Assembly (NCBI RefSeq): GCF_030144855.1
Contig: NW_026781634.1
Coordinates: forward strand, 62,001 to 126,000
Source of the DNA: Hypanus sabinus
Lineage: Eukaryota
Direction of reading: 5' to 3'
Length of the DNA: 64,000 nt
This document shows, one piece after another, positions 24,820-38,489 of the stretch. Numbering within the stretch: the stretch's first letter is position 1; every line of letters begins with the position of its first letter. Below the pieces are notes generated by a model. The model was not told the origin of the DNA and ran no database searches. It was given only the letters and a program-made list of their open reading frames with translations. The position numbers were made by a program, and so were the translations under genes.

Positions 24820-26935
24820 GCCAAAGGTGTTTCTTGTGGCAAGAAACTGTTCACAATACTCAAGGTGATGCCTCACCCGGGCCTTGTTAAGCCTCAGCAT
24901 CACATATTTGTTCTTGTATTCTAGACCTTTTGAAATAAATGCTAACATTTTACCTTCTTCAATACCGGCTGAACATGCAAAATAAACTTCTGGGTGTTCT
25001 GCACAAGTCCAGCTGCATTTCAGATTCCTGGATTTTCTCCACTCGGCGTTATAAAAATATAGTACGCACATATATTTCTACTACTAAATTGCACGACCAT
25101 GCATTTTCAAACATTTCCCACTTACTTGCCCATTCTCCTAATATTTCTAAGTCCTTCTGCATCAGAACTGTTTCCTGAACTCTACCTGCCGCTCCATCAA
25201 CCTTCGTATCATCTACAAACCATCTATTCTACCATCTAAATCGTTAATGTACATCAGAAAAAGAAAAGCTCCCAACACCGACGCCCTGCGGAACACCACT
25301 GGTCACTGGCAGCCAAACAGAAACTGACCCTTTTATTCCCACTCCTTGCCTCCTACCAATCAGTCAATTCTCTAACTGTGTTAGTACCTTTCCTGTTATA
25401 CTAGGGGCTCTTAACTGGGTAAGCAGCCTCATGTGTGGCACCTTGTCAAAGTTCTTCTGAAAGTCCAAATATACAACATCCACTGCATCCCCTTTATCCA
25501 TCCTACTTGTTATCTTCTCAAAGAATTCCAACAGGTTCGTCAGGCAGGACTATTGTGTACTGTGTCACCAACTACATTATCATTTCTCTTTTATTTTTAA
25601 CATACTTAAAAAAAGTTTTTACTATCTACTTTGATATTATTTGCTGGCTCGCTTTCGTATTTTGTCCCTTCTAAAGATTTTTTCGTTGCTTTCTGTAAGT
25701 TTTTAAAAAACCTCCCAATATTTTGCTTTGTTGTGAGCCCTTTCTCTTGATTTTGTAATAGCTTTGACTTCCCTTCGCAGCCACGGCTGTATTAGTTTGC
25801 CATTTGAATATTTATTCATTTTTGGAATGCACATGTCCTGCGCCTTCCTCACTTTTCTCCAGAAACGCACGTTTTGCCATTCTGCTGACACCCCTGTCAG
25901 CAGCTCCTTCCGATTTACTTTGGCCAGCTCCTTTCTCATAACACGGTAATATACCTTATTCCACTGAAATACTGCTACATCAGATTATCATTCCGCTCTT
26001 CCAGTTGTATCCCTTGCGATCCTTTTGTTCTCATCATGTTTGTGGAATCCTCAATAATTCTCCTTCACCTTGTCTATTAGAGGAACTTCATGCCTTCTAG
26101 CCTCCCTTATTTCTTTCTTCAGTGTTCTCCTGCACGTATTATACTGCATAAAGGCCTCATTCTATCCAACTTGCCAATCTCTGCCATGCACCACCTTTCT
26201 TCTTTTAACCGGCACTTCAGGAACACTTGCATATCACGGTTTCTACACTTGTTATCCTGACCTTTCATTCTGCCAGGCACTTGCAAGCTTGCAGTCTCCA
26301 TATTTCGTTTTTGAAGGCCTCACACCTTCCAAGTACACTTTTGCCACAAAGCAGCAGCCTGTCTCAATCCACACTTGCCAGATCCATTCCGATACCATCA
26401 AAATTGCGCCTTCTTCAATTTAGAATCTCAACCCACGGGTCAGGCCTAACTTTCTGTACATTTACGTGGACATTACGGGCATCGTGCTCACTGTATGCAA
26501 AGTGTTCCCATACGCAAACTTCTGCCCCCTGCCCTGCCCCATTCCTCAATGGAAGAGTCAGTATTGCACGCTGACTGTTGGAACTTCTGCGTACTGGTGA
26601 AGGAGAAGTTCTTCGACACATATGACAAACTCTATCCCACCTGGTCCATTTACAGTATGAGATTCCTAAGTCATTATGTGGAAAGTTAAAATCACCAAGT
26701 GTTAACAACCTTACAACAATCTGCGATCTTACAAATTTGTTCCTCGAAATCGCTAGGGCTGCTGGACTGTCTTTTATATAGCCGCTTTAATGTGGCCATA
26801 CCTTTCTTATTTCTCAGTTTCACACATATTGCTTCGCTAGCTGAGTTCTACCGTCTGTTTTGACAGAGCACTGCCTGGTAACGCCACTTCTCCTTCATTA
26901 ATCCTGCTTCGTCATGTCTTAAATAATTGCCCTCG
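24820..26935 (-). mobile_element. Adjacent CR1 LINE fragments
   Basis: VRHHLEYCEQF, MRKELAKVN and LGDFNFP (endonuclease) on the minus strand. Confidence 0.8.
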
Positions 26936-27409
26936 AAATAGCTGTGACGGGTGTGGGGTGTTTGAGTTGAACCTCGCCCTGCAGCGGATATCCCCGTTGA
27001 TAAAGGGGGTGGAGCCCGAACCTGGCTGGATCAAATTCACAGCTGGGACAGGCTGAATTAAACAGAGAAGCTGGTTGCGACAGGAGAATAAGGAGGAAAA
27101 GTAAGATCTGTATGGAAAGTCCAGACAGAAACTACTTGCGACGGCGAGGGAAGGTTCACACATTCTCTGTAATTCTGTCTGTGTTTGCTGCATTTGTCCT
27201 AGTCCCATCTCCTCCCGCTGACCGACTTGTACCAGACCGGTGAGGAGCTGTGCAACCAGAACTGCGGACTGCCTCATTAACCCCGGATCATCCGGACCTG
27301 TCTATCTGTAATCAGCGACTGACTCTCCATAACCGAATAGTCCTGGGAGCAGCAGCACCGGCTGAATTCTCGGTGCATGGTCGGCACATTTGTCATCCAG
27401 ACAGCACTG

Positions 27410-27616
27410 AACTCCGACTGGTTTCAACATCAGAGGTAAATTCTGTCTCCGATTCTGCAACTCACTGAGAGTTTACAGCGGGGCTCGGCTTTTGTCGGGA
27501 CTGGAAATCCACACCGAACTAAACTCCGACCGGTTTCAACATCAGAGGTAAATTCTGTCTCCGATTCTGCAAATCAGTGAGCTTTTACAGCGGGGCTCGG
27601 CATTTGTTGGGACTGG
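27410..27616 (+). repeat. 112-bp-period tandem duplication
   Basis: aactccgac.ggtttcaacatcagaggtaaattctgtctccgattctgcaa...gggactgg at 27410 and 27522. Confidence 0.9.
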
Positions 27617-27802
27617 GAGGAGTTCTGGCAAGATCAATGAACTAATTATTGACCAAATGCATTAAAGGAAGCGACCTTGTTACCTTCAATCATACACATT
27701 TTCTAGGGCGGTTTCCACTGAGTCAGTGCAGATCAACCTTGCGCACGGTTAGTGATATCCAAAATATTCCCTGCGACAAGGCTGGGTCCTCTCTCCGATT
27801 TT

Positions 27803-27852
<50 letters not shown>
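27803..27852 (+). repeat. (CT)n(CA)n microsatellite
   Basis: Read directly from the sequence. Confidence 0.95.
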
Positions 27853-29519
27853 AAACTAACTACTCAGAATAACAGAGCGACTGTGAGATTTTACTGTTTG
27901 GGACGTCGCAGTGGAGAATGCCACAGAGCAACTTATTTAATTAAATTGCTAATTATGATATTAAAGCTACACATGATAGGTGTTTGAGGTAAAATTAAAT
28001 GCTAGAATCTCACAAAGTCTATTAGCAATTGTAACAAGTAGTCATTCAGATTGCAGACACTGTGGAACTTTCTTTTCCCTACCATCGGGTATTTATTGCT
28101 TTATTTTCTGTAACAGAAGTAATTTAGTACAATATCAAGCCAACTTGGTGCAGTTTAAGGGGAGTGTCGAACTGTTCTGTTTAGTTTCAGCAGAGGATCC
28201 GCCCTGTGGACAGGCAGCAGCTTGCACACAGAAATATGCCACGGGTCAGTGACTCGTCACCGATCTCTCTCAAACAAGAGAAAATCAGCAGATGCTGGAA
28301 ATCCCAGCAACACACACAAAATGCTGGAGGAACTCTACAGGCCAGGCAGCATCAATAGAAGCAAGTAGCGTCGACCTTCGAGACCCCAGCTAATGTACTT
28401 CACATCGCGTCATTGGTTCTATCGCTTTTACCTGTAGCAGAAAGGCTTAAACTTTCTTCACATTTTAATGACAGTGTTTTGCTGCACCGGTTTGGATTTG
28501 ATTTGAGCAGAACGGCCGCTCCCTGTTCTGAAGAATGTGCGTGGACAGGCTGCTGCTTGCTCGCAGACCCTGAGCACCGAGTCTCACAGAACAACAAGCC
28601 GCTCTTTCCAAATCAGTCGATGCTCTGCCCTCTTCCCCTTTCCATTCTAGTCCTGACGAAGGGACTCGGTCCGTGACGTCGATTGTTTATACCCATCCAT
28701 AGATGCTGCCTGACCTGCTGAATTCCCCCGGCACCCCATGTGTTGACATGGTTACGAGAGATCCGTACGGGGAGGTGGGCGGGGCTATTTGTAAGAAACG
28801 ACACACAGTATTCTTGGGGAATTAATGTGAGAATAATTCCGCTTCTGATATTTATTGCAGAACTTTATTTTCAGTCAACCAGTTGTCTGTGCATTGGATC
28901 AGCATTCAAGGAGATATTTGTTTCTTTTTAAGCCACTGGCTGTGATGCCTTTTGCGTTCCAACTGTTTCCTGCTGGCATGATTTACGTTTTCCACAGGTT
29001 AGGTAAAAATCATGATCAGCTCTAGAACAACGGCCACCTGTTTCAAAGCAAGGGTGCAAGCTCTGTACAGCAAACGCCTGTCCCCTTTCCATAGTTTCTG
29101 ATTTCAGACAAATACATCTATTGTTCCTGTGTTGATTGTGTTCAATTTGAACTCTTCTTCTGAATGGCCAGTGGAAGAAAAAAACTGTAATTCTGTTTCA
29201 GCCCGGGATTCTTGATAAACAGTGGGTTTGATGTGTTACAGGGATGGATATGAGGGAATAAGTAATGACACTTTAGATTTGATCACCCATGATTCAATGA
29301 TCTTTAGCAATCTTGAGGGTTCGTGTGGTCCATTAAGCGTATGGATATCTTGACTAGAGAAGGTCTGAGGATTTATTTAATGTTAGCCGTTGTAATGACT
29401 GTATGCGAAGGGAGGTACTATTTTATTTATGTATTTGAACTGAAATCAAACATTAATTATTTACGTCCAGCTTTGTGCGTTATTTATGTGCCCCAGCTGC
29501 GTTAAGGGGTCGAACTGTT

Positions 29520-29920
29520 GACTAACTTGGAGTGCTGGACAGCACGGTATCGGACCGAGAGAGTTCCCTGTTAACCCCATTGCAAGCTCCCTGGGGCTGT
29601 CGTGGCTCCGGCTCACCGCCCCGCCCCCCCACCCCCCCACTGCCCGACACGCGCTCTCTCGCAGAGCTCGTAACGCTCGCGCCCCCAGGCTCACACTGAG
29701 ACGATTTGGGAAATCTTGCGCACCCGTCATCTGCCAGACATCTGTCATCAGGTGATGTGCGAGTTATTTGGTTCCCATTGGTGCCGGAAAATGTCAATTC
29801 ATGCCTTATCTCAGTCTGAACTGTCCGTGCAGGTTAAGCACACCGGGTCAGATCCATTGTCGCTCACCCGGGAAGTCAGACTGTGGTTACCCGGAACCGC
29901 ACTGAACGCCATCCGGTTAC
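29520..29920 (-). promoter_or_regulatory. CpG-rich promoter/first-exon-like region
   Basis: ETS-like CCGGAA motifs (~29784, ~29891), a CpG-dense tract and a minus-strand donor GCG|GTGAGC near 29616. Confidence 0.35.
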
Positions 29921-30379
29921 AGCATCCTATATCAGGTTATAGGCTTTATCGTTTTCCTTGCAAGAGAAAGGGTCAAAGCGAATTTGCCCATTCCCGAATG
30001 AGAGTTAGTCGGTGGATAAAGTGGATTTAATTTCAGTAGAAAGACCACTCTTTTGTGAGGAATGAGCGCGGACAGGCAGCTGCAGAAACACAGCCCCGAG
30101 TCCATCAGAACCACGACCGACGCCTCCCTAATCAATCAATCAACTGGCCCTTCCCCCTTCCTTTCGTGATTAAGTTTCCGACCCGGTACGTCGACTGTTT
30201 CTATCCACGGATGCTACCAGGACTGCTGAGTTCTTCTTGCAATTCACGCATTGCCATGGTTACGAAAGAACAGGGAGGTACCGCGTGTGGGGCAGAGTGC
30301 AGAAAAAGATGAAATTAGGAGAAAGGAACGATGGATATTGAAATCATACCCACACTGTCAGAATATTCCTGGGAAATTA

Positions 30380-33300
30380 AGAAGAGATCTCCGCGGAGCC
30401 CCCAGTGGCCGGACGTCCCCACATTGGTCGAAAGCCGGAGAGACAAGATGTGGGCTCGGCTGTCCGGCCCTTTCTCTGCGACACTCCCGGCTTCTACATC
30501 AACTCCATCCATCCGACTTTGGGAAAACTTTAACAATCAAGAAGCGTAATTCCTCTCAGCGATCAGCTGACTGAATGGATTTTAGGACTTAAACGCTGCA
30601 GGACTGAGAATCTTCTGTTGTCTAATACACGATGTGCAGACCTGGCTGGCGTTTCTGGTTTGCATTGGTAAGCAGTTGTTTTTCAAAATACTGAACAACA
30701 AGATACTGCACCAGTTAAAACGATAAGAAACAGCATCAGCCTGGAAGATCCTCCCCCAAAAAACTGGGATTTTGTGACCCAACTCGAGACAAACAGCACA
30801 CTGCCCACTCAACAAGTAAGATAGTTCAGCCGGGCGATTCCCATGATTGATTTTGTTTTCCTTTGGAAATCAAATTAAACATCCATTCAGGTATTTTAAA
30901 GCACAAGTGCCCCTCTCCCCACACCGAGATCTGTCGTCAAATGTGCGGTATCATACACTCGCTACCCAGCTCGCGCAGAGACGAGTTAATGGCTGAAGTA
31001 CTAATCAGTAACTTCTCCTCCAAAAGCGCTCTCACAGAGTATTCACAAGCCGTGTAATTCACCTTGATGCGAAGAGAGGTCATTACTGGTTACACCCAAG
31101 CGGAGGCGGAGTAGCCAAGAGGGCGTTATCTCTGCTGATCAATATCTCCTCCCCCCACCAACTCCCCGTCAAAGCGGAACAAACCTCATAGTGAATGTCC
31201 CGATTTTTGACTTATTTTCATTTCCCTCCGAGGGAAGTGGGGGAGTTTGTGAAGCGTCTCCTGTGGCCGGAGTCTGATGTATCACTGAGAGGTAGGAGGA
31301 GACCATTCGGCCCATCAGCCTGATTTTGGCTCCACGGGGAGGGAGGTATCCCGGAAGAACAAGGAGGGAGACAGGGGGGATCTTATTGAAAGAATAAAGA
31401 TGGTGTGAGAGGGGGCGGACAGGATGTTTGTCCCGGTGGGGGCAGATGGGACTCATCTGTGGAAATGTCTGAGCCCATGGTGGTGGCGAGCAGAGGGATT
31501 CGCCTCATTGGGGACAAAAACCGGCAGACTGTTGCCCTGCAAGCGGGGCCAATGGTCCAGGAAAAGTGGGGATTGGAGTGGTGTTGGAGGGGGGGCAAGG
31601 GTGGACTGGACTAGCGTCTTATTGAATGACAGGGCAAGCTAGAAGGGCCGAGTGGCCTGCTCCTGTTCCTGTTGTCTGTGTGTTTAAAGAGAAGGAATAA
31701 CCAGACCTTTGTTGGCCTTCAGGATGTCAAAAAAATGTGTGTTGTAGGGACAGTTCGGATCCAGTCAACTGTGTCAACAATTTGGCTGAGAAGGAAATTG
31801 AACATTTCCAGTCTGTTAGACTACACCTGGAGCATTTCATACTGTTCTGATCGCCCGAGTCTGGGGTTTGGAGAGGGTGAGAAGAGGATTACCAGGATAT
31901 TGCCTGGATTAGAGGGCATGAGCTATATTGAGAGGTTGGACAAACTTGTGTTGTTTTCTCTGGAGCAGTGCAGAAAGTGTCAGGTTACTTCAAGTAACAC
32001 AGTGTGGTGAGCTTTCCATCTTATCACACTGGGGGCATTCAGTTTGCTTATAACAGCAGAATGGAAACCGTCCTTGAGCCTGGTGGTACATGCTTTAAGG
32101 GTTTAATGTGTGAGGTGAGAATGTCCCAGGTTGTGGTGATTTTTGAGTACAAGGCCTGTTTTACTGAGGCGGTGGGAAGTGTAGCCAGAGGCCGTGGAGG
32201 GGAAGTTGGTTTCTATGATATACTCAGCTGTGTCCACAGCTCTCCACTGTTCCTTGCAGTCATGGGCAGAGCAGTAGCCAGACGGAGGTGTCAGGTATTT
32301 GGACGGGATACTTTCCATGGTGCGTTAATAACATTTGGTTGAGGGAGAAGGGTATTTGCCAAATCCCCTGTTGTTCTATCTTGGTCATTTTAGAATGACC
32401 AAGTACCTACTATTAATGTAGTCTCTGTGTATTGCTGGGGGAGCATCAGTGACCATCCTTGATTGCTTTCCCATCTGCTTCCATCTGCTTATCCCCTTCC
32501 CATCTTGTTCAATCTCTGTCCAGCCTGTATCTCACCACCTCTGTGGTATACAGCAATCATCTTGTTCAATCTCTGTCCAGCCTGTATCTCACCACCTCAG
32601 TGGTATACAGCAATCATCTTGTTCAATCTCTGTCCAACCTGTATCTCACCACCTCAGTATTCAGCAGTCATCTTGTTCAACCTCAGTCCAGCCCGTATCC
32701 CGTCACCACAATGATAAATATCAACAGTCTCTCTTCTACCGTTGTCTTCATTGTGAAGTATTTTGTCTCTCTGAGTTATTTCTGAAATCGGTGTTTGTTA
32801 CCTGAAATTACCAGATGATTTATTCAATACAGCACGAGGTAGGGTAAAGACAGCCATTACAATTTTAGTTTCAATGTTAACAAATGACCGCTGTGTTAAT
32901 CTTTCTCAGACGGAGACTCTCAGCGTTTAAAGTTGAGTCTGTTATTTTCTGTTTTGGTCATGTTTGGAGAGTCACGTTCTCCGTGGCCAGGAACAACCAC
33001 AGGATCAGCAAGGAGTGGTGCGCATTTTCCTCTCTGTGTTCAATTCCCCTCAGGGGGAGTTAGTGGCCTCGGGAGTAGAAGTAACAGATTGATAGTGAGT
33101 TGGGGAGTATGTAGGGAGGACTGTATTAACCCTGTATTGGACTGAAGGGAAAACTAATGAATGTGGGACTTACATTCGTGCGACTTTGTTCATCACAAAC
33201 ATCGTGTACTCAGTCAATAGTGCATCATTTAAAGTAAAAAGAGAAAATGCTGGAAACGTTCAGCAGATCGGGCAACATCTTGGACAGTTCCAGTTCTAAC

Positions 33301-36300
33301 ACAGGGTCTTCTACAGTTTCTTTTTCCACACATCCAATCTGATGTACCGTGTTTCCAGCAGTTTGCATTCAATTTTGTGTTAAAACCATTTTATTCCTGT
33401 TAGCCTGCAGGAAATGTGATCGTTGCGTAGGACAAGATCCCATTTTCTTCAACTCCAGATATGCCGCCAGATCTGAACCCACTGTGAGGACATTTATATC
33501 TCACACGAGGCTGTAATTCTCCGTGTCCTGACACCTACTAGCCCTTCCCAATCTGCACTCGCTGACAATGACGGTGACAGATGTCCCAGACTCTGGGGCT
33601 CAGTAACAAACACAAAATTAACAACTAGATTAGACAGTAACTAATATGAAGAAAGTAGTGTTGCTTCCTGAAAGGACACACGAGCTGAGCTGTCTGATCC
33701 AACTGACCAAATCCTCCCTTGTTCACAACTTAATTGGCCAAGTGCCCATCCTGCCCGAGTCACGCAGCATCTGATACGCCCAGTATCCCACCCTCCCTCT
33801 ACGATGCCAATCGCCCCACCATTCAGCCCAGACCAATACACGTAGACTTATGCCCTTCACCCACATCCACCTTCCCAGCGAGGGGACACAGAATTAACTG
33901 ATCCCACAATCCCGGCTCAGGCGCAAAACTAAAATCGGGGCTACAAGACTGGAGAGCCCGAAACTTCTAGCTGTCCAGCAGAGCTCGATCCGGATCATTT
34001 CTCTTTGCAGACGGCCCTCGATTTACACAGACTCGAGATAAGCCCCTTCCTCACCGGCACCGGCAAGAGTACTGTACCGCCGGTGACACCGCGCATGGAT
34101 TTTGCAGGAGGTTCGCCGCGGCATCATCCGTGGCCAGAACGTTCGGCTGTCCGGTTCCTTCACTGTGGCACCCGAACTCCACATCAACTCCATCCATACC
34201 ACCCTGGGCAAACTTTAATGGCCAACAAACATAATTCCTCTCAGTGATCAGCGTTCTGGATGATTCACTCACTTTTAGAGTAAGGGCTACCTACAGTCGA
34301 CATTGTCAAAGTGTTCAGCTTCTCAGGAGACAAAGACCAAGGACGAGAGGTGTTCTGTTACCTGATGCAATCTGTGATTTCCCTGCTGGCAATTCCAGTT
34401 TACATCAATAAAACTGTCGTTTATGAAAATCCTGAACAATGAGACACTGCAGCCAGTCCATCCAAAAGCAGACTACCCTGGACAGTCCCTAGACCACTCT
34501 GATGACGCATTGATCACATTGCCATGCTCATATTCCCAGATGGACGGTGGTTTCTATTGCATTCATTGTTGAAGCGGCTCGGCGGCCGATGATCTGCAGT
34601 TTCGGGATCGCGACAAGCCCCTCGCTCCTGGGTGAAGGAGCCGGGGGTTGGATCACTGACTGCATGGCAAAGGCATAAAGTTCACATCGTTGAGTATTGA
34701 GACCAGTCCCGAGTGAGGAGGTCTGATGCTGGGCAGGGAGTCCCGTTAACACTCTCGAACTGGAGGCCTTCGCCCCGCTTCCTGGACGGAACCTGCCGGG
34801 GTCCCGGGACCTTCACACCGAAACACCTGGGATGAGCTGCCGTTCAGCCCCTTTTGTTCTGCTATTCGGTAGGGGTGGAGATGAGGCGTTGATGCTGGAA
34901 GCACACCCTTCTCTCGCCCGTTTGGACAAGGCAGTGAGATCTACATCCGTCACGTCCTTTCGTTGTGGGTGGGGAATATGCTTTTCTTGACTCCATTCCA
35001 CTCTTATGGCCTGCCGAAATGCAGCCAATGTTTCTGGGTGTATTACCCATTTATGTGAGAATTTAGCCTTTTCTATTTTTCTGAGCTTCTCAGAAAGGTG
35101 TACACATCTGAGTATTGAGACCAGTCCCGAGTGAGGAGGTCCGATGCTGGGCAGTCCCAGGATCCTGTGTCCCACAGTGGGTTTGATTTCACTCCTGCTC
35201 ACCGCACCCCCACCCCGGCACTGATGATATAACAGCCAATATCCGCATGCTCACTGTTCCTCGTTGGGCTGCAGCTTCCTTTCCATTCTGCGTTGGGATT
35301 GTCTGTGAAGTCGGGATTGGGAGAGGACCCTCGGCCCCGGGGGCAGTGAGCCGGGAGAAGCATTACCAGCACAGGGTGAATTAAATGCAGCACGAAGCAG
35401 GGTAACAGGAGCCATTACAACTTTATTTTCATTGTTATGAATTCAGCCGCATTACTCTTGGTAATGATTAAACTCACAGTTTACAATGAAGAGCTTTGTT
35501 ATCTGCCTTTTTTTGTTTTTGGTGAGCCACGTGTTCATTGACAGCCGACGAAGGACAGTTGCATGATTTTTTTTGCTCTCTGATCACTGCCCCTCTGTGA
35601 AGAGATAAGTGAGCTCAGGAGCAGATGAAACAGATTGGCAGTGAGGTGGGGAGGGGGGAGTATGTGGTGAACTCTGACTGTATGGAATGAAGAAAAGACT
35701 AATGAACATGGGCATTGCAAAATCTGTTCAGGACGTCACAAACATCTTGAAATCAGTCAGTGTTTGTGCATTAATTAAAATAAAAAAGAGAAATTGTTGA
35801 AGATTGTGGCGGACCTCCAACCTCCTAGATAACCACGTCTGCACCAGGTGCACCAAGCTGCAACTCCTCAGAGAATGCGTTAAGAAACTGGAGCTGCAGC
35901 TCGATGTCATTTATCTCATAAGGGATGCTGAGGAAGTTCAAAGTAAAAATTATCGGAGTACCTTTAAAATGATCATCCCCTCAAAACTAATCAGTAAACT
36001 CCAAGATCTGACCGCAACACCTCCTTGTGCAGCTGGATCCTGGATTTCCTCACTTGTAGAACCCACTCAGTTCAGATCCGCAAAAACATCTCCAACACAA
36101 ACTCCATCAGTACCAGAGTACTACAGGAATGCTCTACTCGCTTTACACCTGTGACTGTGCCCAGCTCAACTACTATATATGTTTGCTGATTATACCTCTG
36201 TTGTGGACTCTGTCAAAAGGGTTGATACAGCACTGACTGAACCACCTCAGATCAGATCACACTGGTAAGTCCTCACCAGAAACATCTGAGGTTTGGTGAC

Positions 36301-37200
36301 CCAACTCAAAAAAGAGGCCACACTGCCCACTCCATCAACAACATGGTGAAGCCGGGCACATAGCAGGGACTTTCCCTAACACAACACTGGCTTCAGTGAT
36401 GAATACTGTTAATGTTCCTTCTTTTTTCCCCTGAAATCTTTAAAAAAAAAAGTTCATTGAACAGCTTTTGAAAACAAGCTCTCACTCACGCGAGACGTCT
36501 CTCTGCGACACCACACTGGGATCTGGCAACAGTTTGCAGCCTCATATGCCTAATGTCACGTATGGGTTCCCCACAACTGGATCTGACGCCCGTCTGCGCC
36601 CCCACATGCCTGACGTCCCGTCTTCAGTTCCTTCATTCACACTGGCGCTGAGACAGTTGAACTTTACCCGCTAAGCTAACAATTACCTGACCAACTCATC
36701 CCACTCCATAGTCAACAGAGGAATTGCATTCTTCCCATTAGTGCGAAGAGATGTCAATCACTAGTTACACCCGATAGTAGAGGCAGACCAGCCGAGAGGG
36801 CATTACCCCCGCTGATATCGACTCCCGCTCCCGGGTGGTACTCACCGTCAAAGCGGAACAAATCCGATGTCCAGCATTTTGAATTATATCCATTTTCCTC
36901 CAAGGGAAGTTGGGGGTGATTCTGAAGTATCTCCTGTGGCCAGTGTCTGATGTATCACTGAGAATTGCTCAGCCCATCGGTTGATGATGGTTCCCCCGGG
37001 GAGGGAGTGATCCCAGCAGGAGGAGGCAAAGGGAATAAATGTGGTGTGAGAGGTTGGTTAGGATGGAGTCTGAGAGGTGATCAAGGAGTAGGATGGGGGA
37101 AGGAGCCCATTGTCAATGGGGAAGGGACATGAGGGGCTCGTCTGAGCCCAGGGTGGTGATGAGCAAAGATATTCACCACTTTGGGGGCAAACTCTGGCAG
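30380..37200 (-). repeat. Further inverted and rearranged module copies
   Basis: 30460-30570 and 34145-34255 match the reverse complement of 4260-4340 and 11235-11340. 31080-31820 matches 2880-3640 and 9080-9490. 32400-33450 matches 7270-8110. 36460-37200 matches 3160-3850. Confidence 0.85.
32501..32705 (+). repeat. 57-bp minisatellite, about 3.6 units
   Basis: catcttgttcaa starts at 32501, 32558, 32615 and 32669. Confidence 0.92.
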
Positions 37201-37774
37201 ACTGTATTTTCATATTGTTAGTGACACAGAATTGTATAGTTGCTGTTCTGTGTGTTATCTGAATGTACTTGCTTGCAATCCTGCTACACACCAGCGTTTC
37301 TCTGTACCTGTACTTACTGTACTTGCTCACTTGGCAATAAATTCAACAGGACCTGAGATAACTCGGTGAGATTAGATTAGTGATGGCCATCTTTGGCACC
37401 TCGGTAGGTCAAATGTAAAGAACATAGGAATAGAAATCTTCAGCACATAACAAGCCCTTCAGCCCACATTGTTGTGCTGACCATGTAACACAAAGTATAC
37501 TGCAGATGCTGTGGTCAAATCAACACGTACAAACAAGCTACAGGAACTCAGCAGGTCGAACAGCATCTGTTGAAACGTACTACTGTTTCTGTCTTGTGGG
37601 TGATATAAAAAATGCAGGACTTGTACGTTCCACCCCACCAGAAGAAGACCAATGCTATTCTACCCTTTATACGAAAAAATAATTTGTCAGTGGAGGCAGT
37701 GGAAAGTTTCAAATCTGTTGTAAAAGCACTTTTCGATCAGGATTGGTTTTCCACCTTCCCCCCAGGTTTTTTTA

Positions 37775-38487
37775 CAAGGTGAGGGCAAGGGTGCTGGGAG
37801 AGGACCCACAAGCTGGACACAAACACGTCTTTTTTGGTTCAATAAAATAGCGTTTATTGCTCGCTACACAGAGAAACGGGAAATCGAGTAGGTCAAGGGG
37901 TACACGAACTTTGGGCTAGGAAGCTAGGGACCGCGGACCTGGAAACTGGGGACGTGGATCGTCGCGGCCATGACTGGGACCCTGGGCTTGGAGACAGGGA
38001 ACTTGGATCGCCGCGGACCTTGGGCCTGGAAACTAAGGCCTTGAATCGCCCCAGCCAGAGACGTGGAAACTTGGACCTGACACACCGAGCCAGGACTCCG
38101 CTTTCAGGTCAGGTATCGAGCCGGGACTCTTCTTCGAGGGCTGGACACGGAACATCGAGCCAGGACTCCCACCTTCAAACTCACCCCTGGCAGTTGAGCT
38201 TGCCCGGACCCACCCTGGCGAAGGAAGGCGAATTTCCGGCAGTGCAATGTGGGGGTGGATAACCCTGACCTGTGGCGGCGACGGTGACTTGCTAATGCTT
38301 CATAACGCTCTCGCCCCGAACAGCTAAAACGAGGGGCTTATAAGCTGCCGGTTTGGGTCAAATGTAAATTACCCTAATGGCCAAGCTCAAGGGACACGTG
38401 AAACGGGATTAGAAGCGAATGAGGAGTCAATGGTCCGGATTATAATGCAACCAAACTAAATTTAAAGGGGAACGGATCCGGACCATG
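37775..38487 (-). mobile_element. Probable solo LTR (Gypsy-like)
   Basis: Non-coding, with internal short repeats (ggacctggaaact, cgagccaggact), minus-strand AATAAA at ~37853-37858, TATA-like cttataag at ~38338 and a gatccggaccatg end. TSD not resolved. Confidence 0.55.
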
Positions 38488-38489
38488 CC

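Noticed and set aside
32449-32805. Three overlapping + strand repetitive ORFs
   Set aside because: A by-product of a 57-bp repeat that lacks stops on that strand. No recognisable protein.
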